A DNA stretch of 62,635 nucleotides, the filler included, from Globobulimina sp. (lineage: Eukaryota), in NCBI GenBank assembly GCA_003354225.1. It is 37 parts of 37 records of this genome, joined end to end, with 100 filler letters (N's around TTAATTAATTAA, not from the genome) between each part and the next. Parts side by side here need not be neighbours in the genome. Positions count along the whole stretch, not along the records: positions 11,880 to 13,475 come from PIVH01014342.1; positions 13,576 to 15,171 come from PIVH01014343.1; positions 15,272 to 16,867 come from PIVH01014344.1; positions 16,968 to 18,563 come from PIVH01014345.1; positions 18,664 to 20,259 come from PIVH01014346.1; positions 20,360 to 21,955 come from PIVH01014347.1; positions 22,056 to 23,651 come from PIVH01014348.1; positions 23,752 to 25,347 come from PIVH01014349.1; 29 more parts are not named here. One strand, 5' to 3'. The notes beneath the pieces are model-generated. The model saw only the letters and a program-made list of their open reading frames with translations. It was not told where the DNA came from and made no database searches. The first letter of the stretch is position 1. Every line of letters begins with the position of its first letter. The position numbers were made by a program, and so were the translations under genes. Positions 11,880 to 23,911 of the stretch are shown here, one piece after another.

Positions 11880-13117
11880 CCAAGATACATATCCATAAGT
11901 TCATAATTATTTCCAAAATATTTATCCGGATTAAACATCGTTGGTTCAAACACTTTTCTATTGTTAAAAACTAAACATTCATTAAAATCATTATTTCCCC
12001 ACAAATAATACTCATTTTCAATTGATTTTGCCATACTATGATACAGCCCACATTTTATGTCAGTTATTTCAATATTTCCCAATTTCGATATCAAATATGG
12101 TTTATTCTCCAGCAATGAATAGTTACCTGTTCCACATTGATATTCTGTGTTTTGTCCAAAACTATAAACATCGCCACTGTCATCTAAACATAAACTATGA
12201 TACGCACCACACCGTATTTCAACAATTTTAACAATTGGACCATTTGGAAATGCTATTTTTACCGGATTCATATTATTAAAAAAAGTATATACGCGATGAA
12301 GAATATTTGTGTCGGTAATACCAAACGAATATACACAGCCTCGGTCATTCAATATTAAACAATGTGAATTGCCGCATGATATTTCCGTAATAAACTGATA
12401 TTTTAATGTTTTTATCTGAATAAAATCCGAATAATCGCCATCAATCCAGGTCGAAAACACTTTGCCATTATTCTTCAGACAAACTGAAAACGTTTCTGTA
12501 GTTTCGACCTGTTTGATATTATCCAAACCATTCACTTTGGTCCATTCTCGAATATTTGCATTATAATTTTTAAAAATGCCTAATTTACCATTGTCATTAT
12601 TGCCGGTTACATATATTTCATTATTTGAGGTTAATATAAATCGATGGCTTGAATGAATACCACGTGATATATATTTTACTTTGAGATTTTTACAAATATG
12701 AATCGGAATTCTACATTCATTTTGCAGTTGTATTGCATCAATAAACTGTGCCATTACGACAATAATGTCCGTTGGCAAATTGTTATCGATTTTGAGTGTG
12801 TTAAACCAATGTTGAATAATGGCATGGATAAGTTCTGTAATATATTTATCTGAAATTCCAAGTTGACCTTCTTTGTTACATCCGGCGACCAACAGTTTAT
12901 TGTCTTTACATAAAATATACAATGATCCATTTTTACCATGTTGGATGGCATTAATATGAATATTTTTTGCCAATATACTCATCATTTTCAATTTAATTGT
13001 GGTACTAACTCCTTCAGTAACACTATGATTTTCGCTATTGCTCCAACACTGGTGGTATATTTTTGAATATGTTGCATTGGAAGGAAATTGTTGTGCTGAC
13101 GGTGAAGAAGTTGCCAT
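11880..13117 (-). CDS. RCC1-repeat protein, 3' partial
   Basis: Multiple ISCGNSHCLIL / IRCGAYHSLCL..VYSFGQN / IKCGLYHSMA..WGNN repeats. Confidence 0.9.
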
Positions 13118-13189
13118 GGTCTGACGTGTAGAATTAATTAAAGATTTTTGCTGTTTTTTATCGTGGACTTTGACCTAGCTCTCCAAACC

Positions 13190-13475
13190 ATGCAACCCCA
13201 ACAAAAAAGGAAAGCAAAAAAGAGAGTGAGTTTTGCCAACCATGCATTTGTAACAGAATTTGGAACAGAAGAACCAACAGTGAAGATACAATATAATGCA
13301 CAAACGCAAGCTGCATTATCAGGCTCTTTTTTGCATGCAGATGATCATGAATTACCCGCACCAAATTATTCACAAATGGCCGCACCAATATCACAAACCC
13401 AAAATAGAAGGCCATCTATGGAATCAATTGCGAGCACTAACAACGATGACCAATTCCTTCAAAATACATTTGATA
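13190..13475 (+). CDS. Hypothetical protein N-terminus with RVSF (PP1-docking) motif
   Basis: MQPQQKRKAKKRVSFANH; open to the contig end. Confidence 0.5.
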
Positions 13476-13575
13476 NNNNNNNNNNNNNNNNNNNNNNNNN
13501 NNNNNNNNNNNNNNNNNNNTTAATTAATTAANNNNNNNNNNNNNNNNNNNNNNNNNNNNNNNNNNNNNNNNNNNN

Positions 13576-14823
13576 GGAAATCGAGCCAGTCAACAATATC
13601 TCCAGTGCCGATGGCCCACTCTGTTGATGCTGACATGCAAATCCATCATTGACCCCTCCTTGCTTTGCTCTGTAATCTTTGATTGTATTATAAACTGCTA
13701 AGTCGACTCCGGCGTACGGTATAATGCCAATAACCGAGGCACCCAAACCGTTATACAACGCACCAAATCCATGTTTAGTAATAATGCTTTTCAAACATCC
13801 AACAATTCCGTTATATTCGCCTGCCGAAGCCAACGCCAATCTGGTTTTTGCAATCTCCAATGGATATATTGCCGTTTGAGAGACAGCGCCGGCTAAGCCA
13901 CCTACAAATATGCCACTCCATTCCATGCAAAATAGCAAAACTACAGAAAATTATATACCTGCAATAAATCTTTCGTATATTTGTGGGTTATCAGGACATT
14001 TGCATATCAACTTGTTTTTTTTTAGAATCTCGTATGACATGAACTTAAACGCCGATTCTGGAGCAATTTTCAGCACATTCGTGCCATTGCCGCGCCAAAA
14101 TGATTTAATCCCCCCTTCGTTGGAGATATTGCATATTGTTTCAAATATTGTGGCTTCTTTCTCCAAGGCACCACTTTGAAACATTACCTTTACGCGATCT
14201 GCCGGAGCCGTTACAGTACGCGACACGGCGCCGCATATTGCGCCGGATGCGAAGATGTTCAATTTTGAGTATTCATGTCGGCTTAGTTCAGTTTGGGCAG
14301 CGGGCACTGTAAAATCTTCACCAATGTCGATGGATAATGATGGCCGATATGCTTCATAGATATATCTCGTATTAATGGCAGGTAATAAGAGCACTTTATC
14401 GCGGAAGTTATGGAACAGTATCTCGTGTTTATCGGCTTGAGCAATGTTGGAAAATTGTTGGATGAAACTCTTTAATTCGACACTGGAGATTTCTAAGTTT
14501 AGTTGAGATTGTAAGGCTGTACGGATTTCAGTTGCTGACAATGTGTGGTCTTTGTTGATGTCCAAAGAGGCAAAAGTATGACGTATTTTTGCATCTTGAC
14601 GCAATGCGAAGTGCTTGAATTCATGCAGAGATATTTTGCCATCTTTATTTGTGTCAATGATATGAACAATATTTGTAATATCGGTGCGGGATAATGGCAG
14701 TTTTAGTCTTTTCACTCCTTTTTCAAATTCATCCATTGTGATGCAGCCTGAATTGTCAATGTCGAATTCATTGAATGTTTTGATGATATCGGTATCTTGC
14801 AACACTGGTAGCTCATCAGACAT
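13576..14823 (-). CDS. Calcium-binding mitochondrial ATP-Mg/Pi carrier (SCaMC, SLC25A23/24/25 family), 3' partial (intron 13902-13958)
   Basis: EF-hands DIDNSGCI, DTNKDGKI, DINKDHTL; carrier motifs PADRVK, WRGNGTNVLKIAPESA, YPLEIAKTRL, GIIPYAGVDLAVY. Confidence 0.93.
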
Positions 14824-14939
14824 GTTTAGGTAAAGTAACTAAAGTTTTATAGAGGGAAAAACGATTAACTATTTGACTTTGGCTACAGAGGATGTCTGAG
14901 TGAGCAGACGGAACTCCTTATCGCACTTTACATTATATT

Positions 14940-15171
14940 ATGGATAACACCAAATCAGATGTTAATTTAAGTAAAAAAACACAAAAGAAAAATCCGAAAA
15001 TGGACATATTTAAAGCACTTCAAATGGTTCACGATTACCGTAAAAACAAAGCATTATTCAAAATAAATAAAAAAAAAGCAATTAATGAAACAGAGTGCGT
15101 TCAACGAATGATTTTCATCTTAAGGATTTATGCGAAATGGATTGAATTGAAGCAAGACACTGAAAATTCAA
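14940..15171 (+). CDS. Hypothetical protein N-terminus
   Basis: ATG-initiated ORF open to the contig end, divergent from SCaMC. Confidence 0.4.
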
Positions 15172-15434
15172 NNNNNNNNNNNNNNNNNNNNNNNNNNNNN
15201 NNNNNNNNNNNNNNNTTAATTAATTAANNNNNNNNNNNNNNNNNNNNNNNNNNNNNNNNNNNNNNNNNNNNGGAATATAAATCTAATAAATGGAACGAAA
15301 TATTCACTTTCCATCGAGAGTTGTTGCAGCATCCAAATGTTTGTGATTGCCACTGATATAATACAATGAGCATTTTTTCTTGTTGTTGATAATTTTGTAA
15401 GTTTTCGTTCAAAAACAAGCAGTGGATTTGGAAA

Positions 15435-16373
15435 ATGCAAAATTACAATCAAAACCAATATGGGAATTCAGGACAACAACACAACAATAATCAATATGGC
15501 AATCAAGCTGGAAATTGGCAGCCTCCGCCGGATCAATATCAGCAATATGCAAATAATCAATATGGTAATCAGGGAGGAAACTGGCAACCGCCACCTCAAA
15601 ATCAGCAATATGGAAACAATCAATACGGCAATGACGGTGGAAACAATCAAGGGGGAAACTGGCAACCTCCACCGAATCAGCAACAATATAAACAACATAA
15701 TAAGCAAGAATGGCAAAATGAGCCCACAACCAAAGTCACACAAAAAGGGAATATGACAGTCACAGAAACCACTCAATCTGGCGGAGGCAAAAGTAGCTCC
15801 AATGTGGAATTTGCTGGACCTTCACATTTTGGTCCAGGAAGGATTCATTCTTCAGGGCCATATCAACCAAGTAATCAGCAAGAACAATGCGATTATTTTA
15901 GATAGAAATTGTATGAATCATCATGTTGTTGTGGTTGTGGTGGATGTGATGGGAATTCATGTTTAAACTTATGGATATGGGCAATATTTTGGTTGATTAT
16001 ATTTATGTTTAATGGTTTAATGAATCTGATTGCTTCGCTAGCTCGTCTTTCAAGATCTGATGCAGCTGGAACTTATACAGTTATTTCGATGATAATTATT
16101 ATAGCTTCATTGGGTGTAAATGTTGCTGCGTTATATGGATTATTTAAATTAAAACCTGTTACTTTTTTAGTTCAAATCATTTTTTTCATAATATTTTTAT
16201 TATTGGTGATTATTGGATTATTTGTGTATCCATTAAGCTTTGGATTTGTTGCGATGAATATATTATTCATTGTTTGTGATGTTTGGGCATTATATATGTT
16301 TTGGAGAGTTTATCAATGGGCCAAATATTTCAAATCAGGAGGTAAGTACGATCCAAATGAGAGTACTGTATGA
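15435..16373 (+). pseudogene. Q/N/G/Y-rich repeat + four-TM membrane protein with one in-frame TAG (15903-15905)
   Basis: ORFs 15435-15905 and 15909-16373 share a frame; three GNWQPPP repeats, then CCCGC and four hydrophobic helices; no intron found that removes the stop in frame. Confidence 0.7.
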
Positions 16374-16476
16374 TAGGCATATCTAGGATGCAATTTGTTT
16401 ATTAATGTGTTTTATTATTTAGCTCAGTAACAAGTTTTCACGAATCAGGGATCTATTAAGTGCTTAACCAGTCAAC

Positions 16477-16867
16477 ATGTCAAGCATACTGGTTCAAACT
16501 TTGACGGGTGCCTCTTATAATTTTGATATTGGATCATCAACGACTCAAATTCGTCAAAGAATTAAAAGGAATGATGTTGAAGCAAAATCATTGAATCTCC
16601 AAGATTCAGAGATGACATTTTATTCCGCATCATCGAAACAAGCGATTTCTGATACAAACAATATTATGACAGAGGGACTAATCCAAGCACTATTTACGAG
16701 ATATCCATCTGTTGTTCGATTATTTTCATCCGATATGTGGTATTTCTCTATTTTATGGGGAGTAATCGGTGCATTTTGGATTGCAATGTGGGCGCAAGCT
16801 TCCTTTAATTCACCCAAATGGTGGTCAGATGCGATAGATTCGTCGACTTCAATTCCCATTACATTCC
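16477..16867 (+). CDS. Hypothetical membrane protein with ubiquitin-like start, 3' partial
   Basis: MSSILVQTLTG resembles a Ubl first strand; hydrophobic helix downstream. Confidence 0.45.
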
Positions 16868-16967
16868 NNNNNNNNNNNNNNNNNNNNNNNNNNNNNNNNN
16901 NNNNNNNNNNNTTAATTAATTAANNNNNNNNNNNNNNNNNNNNNNNNNNNNNNNNNNNNNNNNNNNN

Positions 16968-17499
16968 ATTTATAATGGACATGATGGATAAAGATGATAA
17001 CGAAATGATTCATGTCATTCAAGCTTCAAATATTCCACAATCTGCGATTATTACAGATGAACAATCATCGACTGATGATAAAATGTGCTGGGATATTGAC
17101 AAAAAATTGTATGCAGCAAAAATTAAAGCACACAAATTATATAATAAATACATAAAAGTCAGTTCTGAATTTGAGATCAATATATCATCAAAAATGCGAA
17201 AAAGAATGCGTAATATTTTGGAGGATGAAAAGAAATTACTTGCAGATGATATCGATTTGGCTGCTTTGATGAAGTTATTTGAAAAACCAAAATATGAAAT
17301 GCATCAATTTCTAAGTACTTCATATTTGAGATTTAAGACTCAACCTGAATTTGAACAAATTGTTGCCATGCATATGTTTCCAGATATTATGCAACAAAGA
17401 ACTGCCCAGAAAAGGAATGATCAGCAAATTGAAATTGAGATTGTGTATAAAGATCCAGAAATACGAGTTTTATATATAGATAATCTAATACACTTTTAA
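16968..17499 (+). CDS. RGS-domain protein, C-terminal part
   Basis: AHKLYNKYIKVSSEFEINISSKMR..LFE...EMHQFLSTSYLRFK. Confidence 0.85.
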
Positions 17500-17671
17500 T
17501 TTTGTAATATAATAAACTTATTTCCCAGTCGTTATATTTATAATTTATTCAACTGATTATACAGTTTCGCTGTGTGTGTGTTATTTGTTATCTTAATTTT
17601 AAAAAATGTGTTATTTGTGTGTTATTTGTGTTATTTGTTATGTGTTATGTGTAAAATTTTTTACTCAGGTC

Positions 17672-18563
17672 ATGAAAGCTCCGAAGCTAAAAGATGTCGT
17701 CGAAGAGAAGCAACAATCCTCAGGCTTTCCGGTTAGGCAAATGTCGTTACCCGGACAAGCCACTACATTGAAAACAAACATCTGTTGCAACTGTTCTGTT
17801 ACAACCCGCTCGTTCAATATTACATGGATTACATTTTTCTGGTGCTATTTCGCATGGTTTTCTACAACAAATATATTCACCCAACTCGCCAAAGACATTG
17901 ATTTAAAACTACCCGCCCAACAATTAGCGCTCTCACTATCCATCACATCAAACATTTTATTTTGTATTCTCATCGCAAAATTATGCCCAAAATATGGCTC
18001 CCGCGTCAGTTACATCGTAGTTTTGTTGTGTACCGTGTTGTCGTTAGGGGCTTTAGCATCCGTTCAATCCTCGTCCGCCTATATCATTTGCCACGTATTA
18101 TTGGGCATTGCCGGCGCCTCCTTCGTAGTGACACAGTACCACACCACAGGTTTATTTGCAAAGAGAATCGTCGGAGCCGCGCAGGCTGTCACTGCGGGAT
18201 TTGGCGTTTTCGGTGCAGGCGTTTCTAATTTTATCGCTCCAGTATTTGTATACGGTTTTGGTGGCTCATGGAGGATATTTTTAGTTATTGTCATTATCAT
18301 CTTATCCCTGCTATGCTTTGTGTATTATTTTGGCACCAAAGACAATGCCCAGGCCTCTGCATCGGCGTCGTTGATAAATTTAAGCAGTGCCACACCGATG
18401 CGCTTAGATCGAGGCACGAACCGCGACCATGACATCAATGTTGGTGGCTTTTTTGCAGACGCTTTCTATGATTATCGTACTTGGGTTTTATTCGCGTGCT
18501 ACGGTGCGTGCTGTGGTGTGGAACTCACTTTTTATGTGGTCGCAGCTCAATATTTCCAGGATG
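17672..18563 (+). CDS. NRT2: NRT2/NarK-family (MFS) nitrate/nitrite transporter homolog, divergent, 3' partial
   Basis: RSFNITWITFF..FAWF, LCPKYGSR, GIAGASFVVTQYHTTGLFAKRIVGAAQAVTAGFG, YRTWVLFACYGACCGVELT. Confidence 0.85.
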
Positions 18564-18663
18564 NNNNNNNNNNNNNNNNNNNNNNNNNNNNNNNNNNNNN
18601 NNNNNNNTTAATTAATTAANNNNNNNNNNNNNNNNNNNNNNNNNNNNNNNNNNNNNNNNNNNN

Positions 18664-19222
18664 TATCTCCGTTTTTATTTATTACATTTACAACACTCCG
18701 TTCGTATAAATTATCGTTTGCATTTTCTGTGTAACCTTCAATTCTGTCGGCTGCTGCTAATTTTTTATTGAATATATTTGCATCATTCCAGGACATTATT
18801 CTTCCATTTATATAATCGGATTTATTATTTGTTTTCACCGCAAATGGATAATTTACATCTTTTGCTTTGTATAATTTATAGGAATATAATATTCCAGGCT
18901 CTGTGGTGCAATTTAAAGCCCAATGGTTTGTCTGTGTTGCACGGCTATCACCATACACAAAAAAAGATGTTATATCAGTTGTCGGTGTGTATAGTATTGT
19001 TATTTTAGTCAAAGGGATGGTTATTGTACCATAGGGTAAGTTGATTGAAATCATATTTTTATTGTTATTTTCAAATATATTTGCAATCCTTCCGTGCTTT
19101 ATATGTAATTGCACGTTATCTATATCTTCAGGTTCTGAATTATATGCGATGCTATCACCAATATTCCAGTTTCGATGCAGTAATTCATCTCCGTTGATGT
19201 AGTGCTGTTTTGAAGGTATCAT
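18664..19222 (-). CDS. Gamma-glutamylcyclotransferase (AIG2-like) domain protein, 3' partial
   Basis: FFVYGD, YPFAV, INGRIM, ADRIEGY..LYERSVVNV. Confidence 0.75.
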
Positions 19223-19413
19223 TATTTTGTGAGCTACGATACTGTGTTGTCAAAAAATTGCAATTTGACGCTTGTCAAAACAAATTCATTTGGATTACAA
19301 AATAAAAAGATTATTAAAGCAACTAACAAATGGATATCATATATTTATAAAATGTTCAAACTAAACAAAAAACAAAATCAGAAAATTGCTTTAATAAAAT
19401 AAAAGGAAATAGT

Positions 19414-20259
19414 CTACAAATTAATAACTTTGCCATCACAATGAATCCCGTTAAAGACATAAGTATGATTATAGGGATAAAACTGTTTTAATAATATTTT
19501 CATGATTCCCTGGGCCGCCACACCACCAACAAAAGCACCAATATTATGCATCTCGCATCCACCGAATCGCACCATCTCTTCCAAGCATTCTTTAACAATC
19601 TCCTTCTCCGCCAACCCATTCTCATCATACAATTTCGTTTCAATCTCCACCAATTCCTTGATGTCATCCTCCATATTTTCTTTTAGATTTCCAGGCATTC
19701 TCTGTTGTTTATCATAAAACACATCCAATGCTCGAAAAGCCCAATACCAATTCACCATTAATGGCTCAAATGGCTTTTCTTCATCGGATTTCTCTTCGAA
19801 CATTGACATATCCAGATATAATTCGTCATATTCATCCCTATTTGGTGCGGTATACTCTTCTTCGACGGATCGGGTCCGCACTACTTTTAAGCTGCGCGCA
19901 TTCTTAAATATAAGTATAAGAAATCATATTTCTGTTTGTCAATAATTTGTGCATAACAATACCTTAACAAATCTATCAATCAATTCATCCGAAATAGAGG
20001 CGGAGTCTCTGTTTACTTCATTTAATCGTTTTAATACATATCGGCGAATTAAATTTAAATCTCTGTCTGCTCTCAATTTATAAATGTTTTTCAAATTGAC
20101 ATAAGATTCACTGTCCATTGTCAAATCAGGGATGTTTGTAGAACACGGCAAGAAACCACCACCTTCATTCTCCAGAAAATCTTTTAATCCGCGCACTAAA
20201 ACCCAAAAATCTGGGGATTTCTCGTCCAATTTATCTGCTTTGGGGTCGTTCAAAACTTC
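19414..20259 (-). CDS. NAE1: NEDD8-activating enzyme E1 regulatory subunit, C-terminal part (intron 19903-19962)
   Basis: FWVLVRGLKDFLENEG..LP...IPDLTMDSESYVNLKNIY; EMVRFGGCEMHNIGAFVGGVAAQ..K...QFYPYNHTYVFNGI. Confidence 0.92.
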
Positions 20260-20691
20260 NNNNNNNNNNNNNNNNNNNNNNNNNNNNNNNNNNNNNNNNN
20301 NNNTTAATTAATTAANNNNNNNNNNNNNNNNNNNNNNNNNNNNNNNNNNNNNNNNNNNNGAAGATGTAATACAGCACCGGTTAATGATAATATTATTGAC
20401 TTATTTTTGATATTTATTGTATGTGTTTGATAGCTATCAGGTCCACGACGATATAAATAAGGTTCTAAATCTCCTAATTTCTGAACAAATATATTTTATT
20501 CGTTTTTGTGTTTTTTATTCGTTTTTGGAAAATGAAATGGATTTTTCTTACCTGCAGTGTACCAGATTTAATCTGTAATGCGTTTAATAATTCAAGATTT
20601 TGTAATTTAACACATTGTAATAATAAAGAGATTCCACACATATTATGACGCGTGATGTTGCAAATTAAAATTTTATTGTCAGTCAAAGACA

Positions 20692-21729
20692 ATGGCGTAT
20701 TCAAGTGCCAGTTACACAGATTTTGTATGTTTTCAATTATACACTCAGATATTACAAAACTCATTGAAAAGTGTTGACTCATTACAACTGGAAGCATCAT
20801 ATAAATATGCATGTGTTGCTGCCATTCTCCGTTTAAATTCTAATTACAAACATGAGCCAAATAAGCAGCTGAATCCAATGGATATATTATACATTCGAAG
20901 AGCCATTAAAAAGGGTGATGTATGGAGTGGACATATTGCTTTTCCGGGCGGGAGACATGAAAACAATGAATCTTTACAATGTACCGTAGAGAGGGAAGTA
21001 ATGGAAGAGATTGGTTTGGATATTTCACCAAAAAGTAGAAATTATAAATGTTTGGGATATGTCCATTGTATGGATTTGAACAGAATTCGTAAAACTTTTC
21101 GAGTGATTGTTTGGATTTACATCCAATGTATTGAGACAACACCAACATTGACATTATGTCATGATGAAGTTGCTGATGTGTCGTGGTTTAATTTACAACA
21201 ATTTGCTCACATTCCGCTCCATATCGAATCGGAACCTATGTTTAATGAAAAAATATGGCAATACGAAGCTGATAAACAGTCAGATTCAGAAACAACTGGT
21301 TCTCGCCATGGATGGACCAATATGAATATAGCCGTATTAAGGAGAAATATGAGAAATATAGCATCGGAAATTACGAATCATGTTGATTTGGAGCTGGTAT
21401 ATTCATACCGAGTGTTGCCAGCAATTGCAACTTCGGTTAAATATCCAGGACTGGTTTTGCATAAAAATGAAGGAAATGAGGATGATTTTTGGTTACTATG
21501 GGGAATGACCTATAGATTTACTGGATATGTGTTGGATGCATTGCGAATGAGACATTATTTGAGATATAAACGTCGGAATGCATTGCAAGGAACACTTAGA
21601 ATGAGAAATGCAGTGTTGTATTATGCTAGAATTTTCAAGTTCAATTTGAATGTTGTTACATCAGGAATTGTTCCATATTTTTCCAAACACAAATATGACA
21701 TTGACAAACACACCAAAGCAAAATTATAA
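20692..21729 (+). CDS. Nudix hydrolase, CoA-pyrophosphatase-like
   Basis: WSGHIAFPGGRHENNESLQCTVEREVMEEIGL Nudix box; LWGMT motif. Confidence 0.88.
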   Translation: MAYSSASYTDFVCFQLYTQILQNSLKSVDSLQLEASYKYACVAAILRLNSNYKHEPNKQLNPMDILYIRRAIKKGDVWSGHIAFPGGRHENNESLQCTVEREVMEEIGLDISPKSRNYKCLGYVHCMDLNRIRKTFRVIVWIYIQCIETTPTLTLCHDEVADVSWFNLQQFAHIPLHIESEPMFNEKIWQYEADKQSDSETTGSRHGWTNMNIAVLRRNMRNIASEITNHVDLELVYSYRVLPAIATSVKYPGLVLHKNEGNEDDFWLLWGMTYRFTGYVLDALRMRHYLRYKRRNALQGTLRMRNAVLYYARIFKFNLNVVTSGIVPYFSKHKYDIDKHTKAKL

Positions 21730-22055
21730 ATCAAATGTTTATACAAATTATTTAAATTTAAATGTCGCTCAGTTTCTTTTCATAATCATTGCCGTTTTTT
21801 AGGAATTCCAGGACTTTAGAACTTTGCGTCTGTTCAGAAATGAATTGCTGGGTGATCGACAAAAACGTTATATGATGGTAACAAATGCGTTGCTGTTTGA
21901 CAGAAAAACCTGCTCAAAACCTTGAGAAACGTTTCTATCTGCAGCGGGACGGAAGNNNNNNNNNNNNNNNNNNNNNNNNNNNNNNNNNNNNNNNNNNNNT
22001 TAATTAATTAANNNNNNNNNNNNNNNNNNNNNNNNNNNNNNNNNNNNNNNNNNNN

Positions 22056-23319
22056 AACCAAAACAAACAAAAAAAAAGCTAGCAAGAAGCCATGGTACAA
22101 AAACAAAGACACACGCATCAGTATTCTAGTGGCACTCGCAGTGTTTGCATTTGTGGTCATCTTTGTGGCTTCAGTTAATTTATTATCCCTTGGCAACAAA
22201 ATAGCATATAATGATATAACACGTCAGTTGGAAATACGAATGAACGCACCTGTGATCCTAATGACCGCGCACGATTATCGCAATATAGTTGCATTCAATG
22301 CCAACACCGGAGCCTTTATATCCACGCAGCTGTTGGACTTATCCTCATTGGAAAAGCAGTTAAATTTAGATTTGACCAAAATCGAGTTCAGATCTGTGAT
22401 CACCAGAAACTACAATCAAATAACAGTAGTGAATGGGCGTCATTCCACCCCATTCTTTGCGACCTTTGATTGCAACAATGTGCCGGGATGGAAACTGAAT
22501 GCCTCCTTTGGACTGAATGACAAATCTCTGGCACATCCTTATGGACTCACATGGTACGCGGCAAACAGATGGTGGATATTCACCACGCAGGACACCTCTT
22601 CGTTGTTCATCTTCAGCGAAGAAGGAAAAGCTCTGTCTCTGCCTGGAATGCGGCAACATTTCCCCGGCGCTGTGTTTACTTTGATAAACCAGACCGGCGG
22701 CATCTTTATGGATACCTATATAGCACATCCTGTGCATACTGCATTCAATGAGCATTTGAAAGCGAACGGGCCCACATCTGGGCTCCGTGGCGTCGCCATT
22801 GACGCTCACTATGGCCTAATTTTTGTGGCTGCGGAAGTGTTGGGTAAGATTCTGGTGTTTGATATGAACAAAAATCTGAGCAATACGTATAATATAAGCT
22901 GCGGAGCGGTGGAGCAAGTTTCACCGATCAGTGTTCTAAATGGAGCTCCGTACTTTGTGGACACGCTGTTTATAACGGAAAGACAGCACAACAATGGAGT
23001 CTGTGCGGTTAATTATACTCAAACTGGATATAGGATATGGTGGAGAGCAGAGTCAGTGCCACGTTTGCAACATGCCACTGGCATTGCGTTGGCAGCGGAT
23101 TCGCTGTTTGTTTTGTCACAGGACACGCATTCTATTTTGCGATATTCGCCGTATTCCGGACATTATCTAGGTTTGTTTGTTGATTTTAGCAATGATGATG
23201 TTTCTGGAATAATAACGCATAAAGGAATTGGCAAAGTGGACAATCCTGTCGAAAGTAGGAGAACTTTGGGGGAACAATTGCTGTATATTCCATCTGGCAA
23301 AGTTTGCACTGTCACTTGA
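22056..23319 (+). CDS. Type II membrane protein with NHL/beta-propeller-like ectodomain, 5' partial
   Basis: Basic cytosolic tail, one TM, then LAHPYGLTW, LRGVAID, LQHATGIALA blade motifs. Confidence 0.65.
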
Positions 23320-23507
23320 TGCTTGCCAGTGACATGAATAATAATATATATATTTTTAGGATATCAGTCAGTGCAAGGATTTAAGTAACATTTTTTAGTA
23401 CAAAGTTTTTTGCATTGTTGTGATAGTAAGGTTTTTTCTCTCAGTTTACAGATCTGTCCCCAAAAATACTGAGGTGAGAACCAGGTTTCATTATATAATT
23501 ATTGCAG

Positions 23508-23651
23508 ATGATACGCAATGATGTGGTAAATGGTGTATTTGCTGAAGAATTTGTCGCAAAAGGTACACCAATCTGGAAATTAAAAGATTCCAAAAAAGCT
23601 AGAAAAGTATAACACAAAAGAAGATCTTGTGAAAAAATTAAAATCATTTGA
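23508..23651 (+). pseudogene. SET-domain-like N-terminal fragment
   Basis: NGVFAEEFVAKGTPIW matches the SET GVFA..I.KG..I motif; frame breaks in an A-run. Confidence 0.3.
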
Positions 23652-23911
23652 NNNNNNNNNNNNNNNNNNNNNNNNNNNNNNNNNNNNNNNNNNNNTTAAT
23701 TAATTAANNNNNNNNNNNNNNNNNNNNNNNNNNNNNNNNNNNNNNNNNNNNATTGATTGATTCTATTTTGACTTAATTTTCTTTTATAATTATTAAATAA
23801 TACAATATTTCAATACACGTACTATAATTTTATTACATTTTTTGTAAAAATAAATTAAATAAAGGCGTACACTAGAAAGTTTTTTACTGCTTGCAAGACT
23901 TTGCTGCGTAA

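Noticed and set aside
17606-17671. Cys-rich N-terminus MCYLCVICVICYV on the NRT2 ORF
   Set aside because: Translation of a TGTGTTATT simple repeat ending in a splice-acceptor-like TTACTCAG
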